Source of the DNA: Candidatus Cloacimonadales bacterium
GTDB taxonomy: Bacteria > Cloacimonadota > Cloacimonadia > Cloacimonadales > JAFGVF01
DNA: 64,000 bases
Reading direction: 5' to 3'
NCBI GenBank assembly: GCA_963663475.2
Contig: CAXXJV010000001.1
Location: 2,016,001-2,080,000 of the forward strand
In this document: one piece after another, positions 30,120 through 41,305 of the stretch
Layout: each line of letters opens with the position of its first letter
Numbering within the stretch: position 1 is the first letter of the stretch
Program-made: the position numbers and the translations under genes
Notes under the pieces: generated by a model
Seen by the model: only the letters and a program-made list of their open reading frames with translations
What the model was told of the DNA's origin: nothing
Database searches by the model: none

Positions 30120-33100
30120 CTATTTCATTAAAATCATTTTCTTAGTAAGAGTTTGATTTCCAGTTTCTAATTTGTAGTAATAAACACCACTTGCAACTGC
30201 TTGTTCAGAACTATTAGTTCCATTCCAAACAAGAGAATGGCTACCAGCTTCTACATTACCTTTAAGCAGAGTTTTTACAAGTTGACCTTTAACATTATAG
30301 ATATTAAGTTCAAGATCCTTGCAAGCTTCTTTTAAAGCAAAGCTAATAGTAGTTTCTGGGTTAAATGGGTTTGGATAATTTTGTAGTAAATAGCTTTGAG
30401 GACTATTTACTTGATTATCGTTACTTACAAAAGTATCTGGTGGGGTTTTAGTGAATTTGATAGCAAAATTAGAGTCAATTACTTGAGCAGATTCTGGATA
30501 TATTCCTGCATAAGTATATTGAATACCATCATTTCTTTGGCCGTTCATGATACCAACTGTTGTGAAGTTACTTGTAACTGAAGGATTTGAGAAAGTATGG
30601 TATTGGAAAATAATATCACCATCTTCATCTGCTAGAGGTTCAAGGATAACTTGGAACTTCTGTAAAGCAGCATTTTCAAATTCATCTATTGTAGATTGAG
30701 TATATGTATCATTCCATTCAATAATGAATCTATTATTAGCTTGATCATGATAAGTTGAAATTCGCATATCAGCAAAAACATTTTGTTCAGTTTGCAGACC
30801 TTTTAAGTCATCCCAGTTAGGACAAACTTGATATTTAGGTCCAAGGGCAGATGGTATAGCTGAGTTGGTAAAGTTAACATACCATGTTGAACCAAAACTC
30901 ATCCATCCATTTGAACAAATAGTAACTTCATCAAAATCTTGTCCATAATACCTAAAAGTGAAAGGTAATTCTGTAACAAATGAATCATCATCACCTACTA
31001 TCTGAAGATTACCAGCTCCACCTTGACTTGGGTCAATATCTAACCATTCATAAGTTGGGGCAGAAGAGTAGCCTGTATCATTACTAGCATAAGCATAATA
31101 ACCATAGGCATCTGGTCCAGTAGGATGACTTGTCTCAACACCACTAATAGGGATAATAACAAATTTGGTTATTGTGTAGCCTGATACAGATTCTGTAAAA
31201 TCGAATCTAAATGGTATTTGAGCACCTGGAGTAGCAAGAGCATCAATTTGAGGAGAGAAACTTACAGTAGTTGTATTATTAACTACTGCCATATCATAAG
31301 CTACTTCTATATCATTATTAGTAACTCCTGAATGAAGAGCTCTAACTCTTACATTTCCAGAAGCTAAATCTATGTTTCCTATGTTTCTAAAGGTTACTTG
31401 AATTTCATTGGACTGTCCTGCTATTATTTCCCCATTATGGAGGATATAAGAAGGGTTTCCACCTGTTAAATGAAGGTTAAACTTCTCTGTATTTCCTGAT
31501 GGGCTCAAAGCAAGTTCAAAATCTGCTATTTCAGCAAACTCAGCATTACTTGATACTTCTACAGTGAAACTTACACTAGCGTTTGCACCTGAAGCTATAT
31601 TGCCTGCTGTTTGAACATTATTACTAATGATAATGTTAGGGTTTTGAGATGTAAGAGTCGCTTCTACATTATTATAATCACTAGCATAATTAGTGAGTTC
31701 AAGAGTAAGATTAGAAGTATAACCTGCTTGTAATTGCTGGTCTAAAGTTAAATCTGTAATAGCAATGTAATTACTTTGACTAACAGGAATCTCAGCTATG
31801 AAAGGTTTAAAGTTTTGTCTGGAAACAGTAATAGTAACTTCGTCACCTTCAGCTTCTGTATCTATAGGAATAATGGCTGAGCCATTAAGCACTCTAGTGT
31901 AATTATAGTTAATTCCATCTTTAGTACTAGTAACTATAGCATTTTCATGGTTGAGTGGGAAGTCAAGTTCAAGAGAACTTGTTCCTCTATCTAAGGAATT
32001 TGGTATTCCTGTTACATTAATTGCTGCAGGAACTTTAACCCACATTTTTAAAGATGGGTCGCTGAGCATGTTGTAAACATGGAAATAGAACTGAACATAA
32101 CCACCATCTTCTCTATCAAGTGGATAATTCTGATAAAGTTCAATTTTACCATCTAAAACAGTTGAACCAAAAATTCTTGTATGATTGTCTAAAAGACTAG
32201 CAAACATACCAGTTGAAATTGCATTATTAAATTTAGTTTTAGTGTGTAAATCAGAAGGTCCTACAAAGGCAATAGCACCCTTAGGGTTAGAAATAGAACC
32301 CATTCTCATCCAATATTCACCAAAACTAGGATTAACTGAATTGGCAAAATCACCAGTGTTACACACAATAGAGTAAACTACAGGAAGCTTATTAACATTA
32401 TTAACTGTAGCTAAATCACCCATATGGAAAAGAGGATAATGCCAGCCGTTTGCATCGCCCCAACCACGATAAGAAATATACTGAACACCATTAGTAATAG
32501 CTGAAGCTATAGTAGTGTTTCCAGGATATGTTGGAGGATAATAAACTGTATCTACTTGAGCAAATCCATTCTCTAAGAATCTTTCACGTACCCAACGTGA
32601 CATTCTAACAGGGGTTGAAGGCTGAAGATTATTCTCAGCATAATTACCTGCTACTACAAGGGCTTTATTCATCCAAGCATTATCAGAACCAGCTTCTATA
32701 GCAGGATCTCTTTCATAAACAATAGTTTTGTTTGTTTGCACAGCTAAGCTAAGTGGATCACCAATTGAAAATCTACCAATAAGTGCTTCAGGGAAATAGT
32801 CATCATCATCACCCTCGAGTAAGGTATAAAAATTATCATCTGCATCATTTTCTGTTCCATCTGGTGAAATAAACATGTTAGTAGGAATTATAAAAGAACC
32901 TGAAGTATCACCAACAAGAAGAATATAATCTGGCTTGTGTTCTTCGTAATAAGCAGCAATGTTCTGTTTAACTATAGAAGCAGAAGTCCAAGAAGGATCT
33001 TTTAACATCGTGTCAACATGGAATCCTGCAGATCTTTTCCAATTAACAAAGATATTTAAAAATGCATCTAAACTATTAGAAGGATAGACAATTAACATCT

Positions 33101-33602
33101 TTGGTTGTGAATAAGGAAGAGATGCTAAGTAAGAATCATTATAGTTGAAAGCTAGTTTTTGATAAGCTGATACAAATGCTTCAGAAATTGCTTGTGGCAT
33201 TTCAATATTATCAGTAGCTCTGATTTCAAAATCCAGGGCTTGTAAAACCTGTCTTCCATTTCTAACATTATTATTTACAAGGATATCAACAGTAAAACCA
33301 TGCATTTCTCTCATTTGGAAAGAGTGAGAAAGAGTAACGATGTTTTGATTAAAATTTCTTGTTGATTCAATAACGTTGTTATTTTCATCATAAGTTACTA
33401 GAAGGGCTGAATTAATATGTAATTGAGCTTGGCTTGCAGGTAGAGCAAATGTTCTACTAACAAATTCTGGTAAATTATCAGTTCTCGTCAATTCATAGGA
33501 GTAGTTAACACTACTTCCAAAGGTGTTTGCTTGTTCATTACCTAAAGCAAAAATGCTAGTAAATAGCATTAAGGCAATAAGCGTATAAAAAAACTTCTTC
33601 AT
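30120..33602 (-). CDS. Peptidase C25 (gingipain-family) protein with C-terminal sorting domain
   Basis: YILLVGD, D.FY.LLEGDDDDYFPEALIGRFS, SIVCNTGDF, FGEYW, GAIAF, YNMLSDP, C-terminal NYPNPFNPET. Start 33602 follows GGAGG. Confidence 0.9.
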   Translation of the reverse strand: MKKFFYTLIALMLFTSIFALGNEQANTFGSSVNYSYELTRTDNLPEFVSRTFALPASQAQLHINSALLVTYDENNNVIESTRNFNQNIVTLSHSFQMREMHGFTVDILVNNNVRNGRQVLQALDFEIRATDNIEMPQAISEAFVSAYQKLAFNYNDSYLASLPYSQPKMLIVYPSNSLDAFLNIFVNWKRSAGFHVDTMLKDPSWTSASIVKQNIAAYYEEHKPDYILLVGDTSGSFIIPTNMFISPDGTENDADDNFYTLLEGDDDDYFPEALIGRFSIGDPLSLAVQTNKTIVYERDPAIEAGSDNAWMNKALVVAGNYAENNLQPSTPVRMSRWVRERFLENGFAQVDTVYYPPTYPGNTTIASAITNGVQYISYRGWGDANGWHYPLFHMGDLATVNNVNKLPVVYSIVCNTGDFANSVNPSFGEYWMRMGSISNPKGAIAFVGPSDLHTKTKFNNAISTGMFASLLDNHTRIFGSTVLDGKIELYQNYPLDREDGGYVQFYFHVYNMLSDPSLKMWVKVPAAINVTGIPNSLDRGTSSLELDFPLNHENAIVTSTKDGINYNYTRVLNGSAIIPIDTEAEGDEVTITVSRQNFKPFIAEIPVSQSNYIAITDLTLDQQLQAGYTSNLTLELTNYASDYNNVEATLTSQNPNIIISNNVQTAGNIASGANASVSFTVEVSSNAEFAEIADFELALSPSGNTEKFNLHLTGGNPSYILHNGEIIAGQSNEIQVTFRNIGNIDLASGNVRVRALHSGVTNNDIEVAYDMAVVNNTTTVSFSPQIDALATPGAQIPFRFDFTESVSGYTITKFVIIPISGVETSHPTGPDAYGYYAYASNDTGYSSAPTYEWLDIDPSQGGAGNLQIVGDDDSFVTELPFTFRYYGQDFDEVTICSNGWMSFGSTWYVNFTNSAIPSALGPKYQVCPNWDDLKGLQTEQNVFADMRISTYHDQANNRFIIEWNDTYTQSTIDEFENAALQKFQVILEPLADEDGDIIFQYHTFSNPSVTSNFTTVGIMNGQRNDGIQYTYAGIYPESAQVIDSNFAIKFTKTPPDTFVSNDNQVNSPQSYLLQNYPNPFNPETTISFALKEACKDLELNIYNVKGQLVKTLLKGNVEAGSHSLVWNGTNSSEQAVASGVYYYKLETGNQTLTKKMILMK

Positions 33603-33852
33603 ATGTTTCCTCCAGATTAATTTCAATATTATATCATTTCTTCTTTAAAAAAATCTTCCACAATCATGTCAAAGCTATTAAAACTTTAATAATTACCTAT
33701 GCAATTTATATTCCTATGGCTTTGTTATCTTAAATAATAATAAAAAAGTTTATGAAATTAAAGTCAAGATTGGAACAAAAAATGTATAACATTAACTTAC
33801 ATGCCCAGAGAAAAGATTTTAAATAGATCAAAACACAATTAAGGAGTTAATT

Positions 33853-36800
33853 ATGAGTAAAAAACTGTTTTTTACAACACTTATTTTACTGTTTTTAGTT
33901 TCTATTTCTGCATTACATGTAGAAATTGGAACACAAGATGGCACTTCTAGTTATATTCCAGCTTATGGATTTTATGACTATGGCTGGAGTAGAGTAGTTT
34001 ATACTAGTTCAACTATTGGTACTTCTATGGATATTGATGGGATTAGTTATTATGTAACAAATGAACCATCTAATTACACAATGCCTAACCAACAAATTTA
34101 TCTTAAACACACAAGTGAAAATGGCTTCACTTCTGCTACATATCTTGATCCAACAAGTGATGAAAGCTATGAATTAGTTTATGATGGAGAAGTTACTTAC
34201 TCAGGCTCTGGCTGGGTACAGATAACTTTTGATAATGAGTTCTCTTATAATGGACAAGATAATCTTGAAGTATATTTCGTCAATAATGATGGCGATTATG
34301 CATCAGGTAACCCAACTTTTGCAACTTCTTCTGTTGCAGGAGATGTATCTTATGCAATTTATAAGTATGCTGATAATAACTTTCCTGCTGTAGAAGGTTC
34401 TTTAGCAAGCTTTATTCCGCTAACTCGTCTGCATTATACTGCTGAGGGAGCTCCAACTCCTGCAACTTTAACTGCACCTGAGAATGCGAGTTTAAACATA
34501 ACTGCTCCAGTTACTTTAGAGTGGACTGCAGGAGAAAATACAGAAACATATGATGTATATTTCTCAAATGATTTTGCCTTAGTTAGCAATAATGATCCTT
34601 CTGTTTTAGTAGCACAACAATCTGCTACTAGCTATAGTGTAGAAGAACTTGCTACATTAACAAACTATTTTTGGAAAGTAGTTTCTCAAACATCTGCATC
34701 TGAATATTCAGCTACAAGTCCTGTTTTTTCATTCACCAGTGCTGCTAGTGATGATACCATTATTCTTGGTTCAGGACAAGAAATCAATCAAGGCTTACCA
34801 ATGGAGCCATATTTTGGTTATACTATTTCCCAAACTATTTATCTTCAGGAATGGATTAATGTTTCCAACCAGGGTATAGAACAAATAGGCTACTATTATA
34901 ATGGTAATTCTGCATTTACTGAAGATAATATTCAAATTTGGATGGCTCATACTGATCTTGATGAATTTGCTGATGGTGATAGCTGGGTTACTCAAGACCA
35001 GCTCTTATTAGTTTATGAAGGTCCATTTACAGTACCTCAAGAGGAAGGTTGGGTAGCAATTACCTTAGATATACCATTTGCATATAATAATAGTCAAAAT
35101 CTTTTAGTTGCTTTTGAAGCAAACACTGAAGGTTTTTCTACATCATCAGATGAATTCTTTGCAACTAGTGTAACTAGTAACCAAAGTTTAGAAAAACATA
35201 ATGATTCTAATAATTATGACTTTATCACACCTGTAACAGGTACAGTTAGAACAAGTTATCCTAATACTATGTTTACTTTTGGTGACTTACCTACAGAACC
35301 TGTTTTGTTAGTTACACCTGAATCATATGCTTGGCAACCTGTAATTATGGGTACACAAAGTATTCCTACAGTATTTTCACTTCGTAATAGTGGTATAGGA
35401 ACTTTGACAATTAATAGTGTAGAAATTACTACACAAGATGAATTTATCTTAATAGATGATAACACTTATCCTCTTGCTATTAGTGGAAATACTGCTCAGT
35501 TCTCAGTTGTATTCCAGCCTGAAAGTGTTGGTGATTTCACAGCTGATATTACTATTACTGATTCTGATGGAAATGAAACAATTCTTCCTTTATCAGGTAG
35601 TGGTTATGATGCAACTATAACTGAATTTCCTCACTTTGAAGGCTTTGAAGATGTAGCTTCCAATGAGCTTCCACAAGATTGGAATGCTATTATTAATGCT
35701 TCTTCTTCAGCTGCTTATGCTGAAGTTGGTACTTTAAATCCTTATGAAGGTAATAAAGTTTTACGTCTTTATAATTCAGGAGATGCTAATCCAGAAGATA
35801 TTAAAGCAATTACTCCTCCTTTAGCAGGAATGAATACAAAGAGAGTTAAATTCTATGCTAGAGCTTCTTCAGAAAATGGAACAGTTCTAAGTGTTGGAAC
35901 TACTTCATCTAACACTAATCCTGCAATGTATAATGAAATTGTAAGTCTTGATTTAACTAATGAATACCAACAGTTCTATGTGCATTTTGATCAAATCTCA
36001 GAAGATGATAATATGGTATGTTTCGATTATATTGGTTCAGGTTCAACCTACACAACAATCTATATCGATAATGTCACTATTGAAGAGATTCCTACAGGCT
36101 CATATGCTGAGTTTAGTCCAACTGAATTTGATTTAGGTAATGTATATCTAAACAGAACAGCAAATGGTGAAGTTTATGCAGAGAACTGGGGTGCTACTGA
36201 TTTAGTTCTTGATTTAACTCCAGATGCTACTTTCACTTTTGCTGAAGAACAAGTTACTGTTTCTTCTGGTAATTCTGGTGTAGTTGAATTTACTTTTAAT
36301 CCTCAGGTGGAAGGTGAATTTACTGGCTCATTTACTATTGCAACCAATGCTGATAACTTACCAGAACAAGTTATTACAGTTACTGCTCAAGTACTTCCTG
36401 CTTTACCAGAAGGTCTTGCTATTATCGGAGATGGAACTACTACTGGCCAAGGACTTCCTTTTGAACCATTCTATCGTCATTCTTATTCTCAATCAATATA
36501 TCTAGCTAATGAAATTGGTATTGAAGGTCAAAGACTTGAAAATATTTCATGGCATTATAATGGTAATAGTGCTTGGGGACCAGATGAATTCAGAATTCTA
36601 CTTGGTCATACTGATGAAACTTCATTTGCTGATTCAGAATCATGGATTGATGCATCAGAACTTTCAGAAGTATTTACTGGTACTATTAATGTACCTCAAG
36701 AAGATGGTTGGATTGATATTCAACTTGATATGCCTTTTGTTTATGATAACAATCAGAATTTAGTTGTAGCTGTTTTCCATTCTGTACCAGATTATCATTC

Positions 36801-38871
36801 TTCAAGTGATGAATTCTATTGCACTGAAAGTCCTGATACTCGTTCAATTCTTTATTATAGTGATTCTACTATTCCTGATCCTACTGCACCTCCAACAGCA
36901 AACTATATGCGTACTGCCTATCCTAATGTTAAACTTCAGTTTGGTGAAGTTCCTGCTAGTGCTGATATGATAGTTTATCCAACAGCTAACACTTTCGAAA
37001 TGGTTGCTGTTAATGGTAGTTCTCAAGAAAAAACTATCACTATGAGATCTGTTGGTTTAGCAGATGTTACTGTTGCTGATGCTCCTGTTATCATTGGCGG
37101 TGATGCAGACCAATTTACAATCACAAGTGATGAAAATACATATCCTATAGTTCTTCCTTTCATGGAAACAGCTAGTATTGGCATTTCTTTCACACCTAGC
37201 TCTGAAGGTACAAAAACAGCTGTTTTAGAAGTTGTTGATAATGCTACAAGAGAGACTAGAACTGTTACTCTTAATGGTTATGCATATGCTGACGATGGTA
37301 ACGATCTTCCTGTTGATGCAACTAACTTGACACTACCTGTAAACGGTGATACCTATGCTATCATGCCTATTGGTGACATAGACTGGTATAAAATCCCAGC
37401 TATGGGCATTGGTGATACTTTAATGGTTTCAACTGAAGCTGCTAACGGATCAAGTATTTCAGTTAAAGCATGGCTATATGGTCCTGTAGATGATCCTGCA
37501 AATATCAGTGGCGGTAATTCTATCGCTAATGGTTATGATATTGAACATGTTTTACCTGCTAGTGGTGACTACTATCTTAGAGTTGCCCAATCTTCAGTTG
37601 CTCCGACTCAGGATAATTCAGATGTTGAAAGAAAGAACTTCAATGGTGAGAATAGCAGATTAACTCGTGATGATACAGGTCTTTATAATCTTTATGTAGA
37701 TGCAAATTACAACTATGATTATAATGCTCCATTTAACTTAGAAGCTACTAACAGTAATGGGTTTGTAGAACTTACCTGGCAAGAGCCAGAATATGAGAGA
37801 TATTTAGTGAGTTATAATGTATATAGAGATGATGTCCAAATCAATGACGATGCTATTGAAATTGGTACTAACTCATATAACGATGCTAATGTAATTGTTG
37901 GTCAAGAATACACTTACTATGTTGTAGCTGTTTATGAAGAACCTAATGGTCAATCTTTACCTTCTAATACTGTAGCTATTACTTACTTTAATTCAGGTGC
38001 TCCACTTTGGGGTGATAATTTTGAAGACCATGAAGATTTCACTATAAATCTTGGTAATTGGATTCAACATGATCTTGATGGTGAAGGTACTTATGGAATT
38101 AGTAATGTTGAGTTTGAAAATGCTGGTTCACCAATGTCATATATGGTATTTAATCCAAATACAACAACTCCACCTATCACTGATATGAATGCTTATGAAG
38201 GTGATAAATTCCTTGCTTCATTTGCTTCTTCTGCAGGAACAAATGATGACTGGATTGTATCTCCACTTTTAACAGTAGGAACTACAACTGTTGTCTCATT
38301 CTATGCTAGGTCATATACTGATGAATATGGTTTAGAAAAATTCAGAGTTAAAATGTCTTTAGGTGGTGATCAACCAAGTGACTTCCAATATTCACTTCAT
38401 CAAGGTGTTGATTATTTAGAAGCTCCAACACAATGGACTCCTTACTACTTTAACTTAAGTGATTTAGTAGGAACTAACATAAGAATAGCTATTCAATGTG
38501 TTAGTAATGACGCTTTTGTATTCATGGTAGATGATTTTAGAATTGATTCAACAGAAGATGGTGTTGATAATGATGATCCACAAGTTGCTCCACTTATGAG
38601 CACTTTAGAGCAAAACTATCCAAACCCATTCAATCCTGAAACATTAATTTCTTATACACTTAAAAATGCTGGTAAAGTTTCACTTGAGATTTATAACCTA
38701 AAAGGTCAAAGAGTAAAAACTTTAGTTAATAAGCAAGAGAATGCTGGACAGCATGCTGTTGTATGGAATGGTCAAGATGATAAAGGTAATGCTGTTTCAT
38801 CTGGCGTATATTTCTATAAGTTAAAATCTGGAAACTATACATCAACTCGCAAAATGATTTTATTAAAATAA
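33853..38871 (+). CDS. Large secreted adhesin-like multidomain protein (repeated beta domains, Ig-like, FN3, cleaved-adhesin-like, sorting domain)
   Basis: Signal peptide, three P..P(F/Y)Y.Y..S..IY modules, NDDWIVSP...AFVFMVDD cleaved-adhesin-like domain, NYPNPFNPET...KMILLK. Confidence 0.88.
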   Translation: MSKKLFFTTLILLFLVSISALHVEIGTQDGTSSYIPAYGFYDYGWSRVVYTSSTIGTSMDIDGISYYVTNEPSNYTMPNQQIYLKHTSENGFTSATYLDPTSDESYELVYDGEVTYSGSGWVQITFDNEFSYNGQDNLEVYFVNNDGDYASGNPTFATSSVAGDVSYAIYKYADNNFPAVEGSLASFIPLTRLHYTAEGAPTPATLTAPENASLNITAPVTLEWTAGENTETYDVYFSNDFALVSNNDPSVLVAQQSATSYSVEELATLTNYFWKVVSQTSASEYSATSPVFSFTSAASDDTIILGSGQEINQGLPMEPYFGYTISQTIYLQEWINVSNQGIEQIGYYYNGNSAFTEDNIQIWMAHTDLDEFADGDSWVTQDQLLLVYEGPFTVPQEEGWVAITLDIPFAYNNSQNLLVAFEANTEGFSTSSDEFFATSVTSNQSLEKHNDSNNYDFITPVTGTVRTSYPNTMFTFGDLPTEPVLLVTPESYAWQPVIMGTQSIPTVFSLRNSGIGTLTINSVEITTQDEFILIDDNTYPLAISGNTAQFSVVFQPESVGDFTADITITDSDGNETILPLSGSGYDATITEFPHFEGFEDVASNELPQDWNAIINASSSAAYAEVGTLNPYEGNKVLRLYNSGDANPEDIKAITPPLAGMNTKRVKFYARASSENGTVLSVGTTSSNTNPAMYNEIVSLDLTNEYQQFYVHFDQISEDDNMVCFDYIGSGSTYTTIYIDNVTIEEIPTGSYAEFSPTEFDLGNVYLNRTANGEVYAENWGATDLVLDLTPDATFTFAEEQVTVSSGNSGVVEFTFNPQVEGEFTGSFTIATNADNLPEQVITVTAQVLPALPEGLAIIGDGTTTGQGLPFEPFYRHSYSQSIYLANEIGIEGQRLENISWHYNGNSAWGPDEFRILLGHTDETSFADSESWIDASELSEVFTGTINVPQEDGWIDIQLDMPFVYDNNQNLVVAVFHSVPDYHSSSDEFYCTESPDTRSILYYSDSTIPDPTAPPTANYMRTAYPNVKLQFGEVPASADMIVYPTANTFEMVAVNGSSQEKTITMRSVGLADVTVADAPVIIGGDADQFTITSDENTYPIVLPFMETASIGISFTPSSEGTKTAVLEVVDNATRETRTVTLNGYAYADDGNDLPVDATNLTLPVNGDTYAIMPIGDIDWYKIPAMGIGDTLMVSTEAANGSSISVKAWLYGPVDDPANISGGNSIANGYDIEHVLPASGDYYLRVAQSSVAPTQDNSDVERKNFNGENSRLTRDDTGLYNLYVDANYNYDYNAPFNLEATNSNGFVELTWQEPEYERYLVSYNVYRDDVQINDDAIEIGTNSYNDANVIVGQEYTYYVVAVYEEPNGQSLPSNTVAITYFNSGAPLWGDNFEDHEDFTINLGNWIQHDLDGEGTYGISNVEFENAGSPMSYMVFNPNTTTPPITDMNAYEGDKFLASFASSAGTNDDWIVSPLLTVGTTTVVSFYARSYTDEYGLEKFRVKMSLGGDQPSDFQYSLHQGVDYLEAPTQWTPYYFNLSDLVGTNIRIAIQCVSNDAFVFMVDDFRIDSTEDGVDNDDPQVAPLMSTLEQNYPNPFNPETLISYTLKNAGKVSLEIYNLKGQRVKTLVNKQENAGQHAVVWNGQDDKGNAVSSGVYFYKLKSGNYTSTRKMILLK

Positions 38872-38913
38872 AATCTTATATTGCCTAGATGTAAAAATCT
38901 ACGATATAGAATT

Positions 38914-38938
38914 AAAGCCCTGCTAGCAGGGCTTTTTT
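38914..38938 (+). terminator. Intrinsic terminator
   Basis: AAAGCCCTGCTAGCAGGGCTTTTTT. Confidence 0.85.
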
Positions 38939-38950
38939 CATATTTCAAAT

Positions 38951-38974
38951 AAAGATCTACTGCACCATTCGGTT
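38951..38974 (+). mobile_element. Isolated right end of the MITE-like family
   Basis: AAAGATCTACTGCACCATTCGGTT. Confidence 0.7.
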
Positions 38975-39036
38975 AAAATATAAGTGTTTGCTCTTGTTCA
39001 ATCTAGGTGAATATACTAGTTCAGTGTCTCTTAGCA

Positions 39037-39111
39037 TGCTTATTCCTTCCTTTACAGTCTTTCGATGAAATACGGACTTTCATCGAAAGACTGTAAAGGA
39101 AGGATTAAGCA
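39037..39111. repeat. Long palindrome, REP-like family copy 2 (loop TACGGAC)
   Basis: 34-bp stem with one mismatch; core identical to copy 1. Confidence 0.95.
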
Positions 39112-39274
39112 AGGATAGGTTGAGGAGGAAGGGTGACCACCTATGAAACTTAAGGCTAGCTAATTATTGCCTATGATAATCTAATATTGAAAATTAAGCT
39201 GGTAATAAGTATTACAAGCAAACATATTGACAAAATATAACAATGATAAAAAATGATGCAATCAATAATAATAA

Positions 39275-39381
39275 ACCCGAATAATGCAGTTGAACTTTGC
39301 CAATAGCAGAATCTAGCACTCTTCACCTGTGATACCTAGCTTGAGCGAAGTATTATCAAAGTTTTACTGCACCATTCGGGA
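39275..39381 (+). mobile_element. MITE-like element with both terminal inverted repeats
   Basis: ACCCGAATAATGCAGTTGAACTTTG...CAAAGTTTTACTGCACCATTCGGGA. Confidence 0.75.
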
Positions 39382-39392
39382 TAAAGGTCAAT

Positions 39393-41279
39393 ATGAGTAA
39401 AAAAATAAAAATAATTAGTAGTAAGATTTTTAAGTATAAGACAAATTTAACTGTGGGAATCATAACAATGATTTTCTTTGCAATGTTCAGTGGTGCTACG
39501 ATAACCTTATTAGCCCCCTTATTTGATTATGTTTTCACAGATTTGGACAGACCTGTAATTTATACTTCTGGACAGGAAATATTCAAGGCAATTTCTCAAG
39601 AAACAGTTGATTTCTTTCAATCTGAATCTTTTAATATATTCAATAAAGATAGTATTGATATTCTCATAGATGGCTATAAGGGAGTTTTTAGAGACTCTTC
39701 ACCTATCCAGTTATTATATCTAGTTCTAGTAATAATTTTCATAGCCCTATTATTAAAGAACTTATTTTATCTACTCAATCGCTATTCTTTCACTGCTCTT
39801 AAATCAAAGGCAGTGAGAGATATTAGGAATGAAATATTTGATAGCTATCTGAAACAATCCGTTGCCTTCTTTAATAAGAATAGAGTCGGAGATTCTATTG
39901 TTAGAATGGTTAATGATGTCAATATGATTAGTGATCTTTATATTACCTCAATTTTTAATATCTTTAGGGATTTGCTAACAGTAATTATCTTTATTTTTAT
40001 TGCTATGTTTATTAATACTCAGCTATTCTTGATGAGTTTAGTAATTGTACCAATCTTTACCTATGGAGTTTCTTTTCTAGGTAAAAAGATAAAAAAGTAT
40101 GCTAAAAGAATCCAGGGACAAGCTTCAATGTTGTTTTCCAATATTGAAGAAGTATTATCTAGTATGAAAATAGTTAAAGCCTTTTCTAAAGAAGATTATG
40201 AGCAAGAGAGAATGGGTAAGATTAATGATAAATACATGAAACTCAAGATAAAAAGTCAGATTTATGCAGCTCTAAATGTTCCATTATCTGAACTAACTTC
40301 TATGGCTACTGGAATAATTGTTATTCTTTTAGGTGCTAGAATGATTGTTGATCATCAATCTTCATTTTCTTTAGGATCTTTTACAGCCTTCTTAGCTGCT
40401 ATTTTCTCTATGCTTCACCCACTAAAAGTTCTTACTAAGGCTTATACAGATTTTAAAAAAGCTAATGTATCACTAGATAGAGTAGCTGAAGTGATTCACT
40501 TGGAACAAGAGATTAGGGAAGTAGCAAAGCCAGTTGAGAAAAAGAAATTTACAGACAGGATAGAATTAAAGAATGTCGTCTTTGGTTATAAAGAAAATTT
40601 ACCAGTTATTAATGATGTATCTTTCACAATTAACAAGGGAGAAAGAATAGGGATTGTAGGGTCTTCAGGATCAGGAAAATCAACTATTATAAACTTGATT
40701 AATAGACTCTATGATTACAATAAGGGTTTGATAACAATTGACGGAATAGCAATAAATCAAATCAAGATCTCCGACCTACGAGCTTTGTTTGGTCTAGTTA
40801 CCCAGGAATCCATTCTTTTTAGTGATACTATTGCCAATAATATAACTTATGGGGCAAGAAAAACTGTAAGCAGACAAGATATAATTGCTGCTGCAGAAAT
40901 TGCATATGCTAGCGAATTTATAGAGAAATTAGAGGATTCATATGATCATATGCTTGATACAAAGGGTTCTAATCTGTCTGGTGGTCAAAAACAGAGAATC
41001 TGCATAGCTAGGGCTATTATTGATAATCCACCAATCTTAATTTTTGATGAAGCTACTAGTGCTTTAGATACTGATTCTGAAAATAATGTGCAAATAGCAA
41101 TTGAAAAAGCTACCAAAAATAGAACAGTTATTATGATTGCTCATAGACTTTCAACTATCATAAATAGTGATAAGATTGTGGTTATGGAGGCTGGAAAAGT
41201 GGTTGGTATTGGTAAGCATGAAGACTTATTAGTAACTTGTGAGAGATATAAAGAATTGTATGAACTACAATATAAGTAG
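39393..41279 (+). CDS. MsbA-like ABC exporter (TMD-NBD)
   Basis: N-terminal TMD, GSSGSGKST, LSGGQKQR, IFDEATSALD; located in an LPS-type locus. Confidence 0.9.
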   Translation: MSKKIKIISSKIFKYKTNLTVGIITMIFFAMFSGATITLLAPLFDYVFTDLDRPVIYTSGQEIFKAISQETVDFFQSESFNIFNKDSIDILIDGYKGVFRDSSPIQLLYLVLVIIFIALLLKNLFYLLNRYSFTALKSKAVRDIRNEIFDSYLKQSVAFFNKNRVGDSIVRMVNDVNMISDLYITSIFNIFRDLLTVIIFIFIAMFINTQLFLMSLVIVPIFTYGVSFLGKKIKKYAKRIQGQASMLFSNIEEVLSSMKIVKAFSKEDYEQERMGKINDKYMKLKIKSQIYAALNVPLSELTSMATGIIVILLGARMIVDHQSSFSLGSFTAFLAAIFSMLHPLKVLTKAYTDFKKANVSLDRVAEVIHLEQEIREVAKPVEKKKFTDRIELKNVVFGYKENLPVINDVSFTINKGERIGIVGSSGSGKSTIINLINRLYDYNKGLITIDGIAINQIKISDLRALFGLVTQESILFSDTIANNITYGARKTVSRQDIIAAAEIAYASEFIEKLEDSYDHMLDTKGSNLSGGQKQRICIARAIIDNPPILIFDEATSALDTDSENNVQIAIEKATKNRTVIMIAHRLSTIINSDKIVVMEAGKVVGIGKHEDLLVTCERYKELYELQYK

Positions 41280-41305
41280 TTTTTAATATAAAATAAGGAA
41301 AGTCT

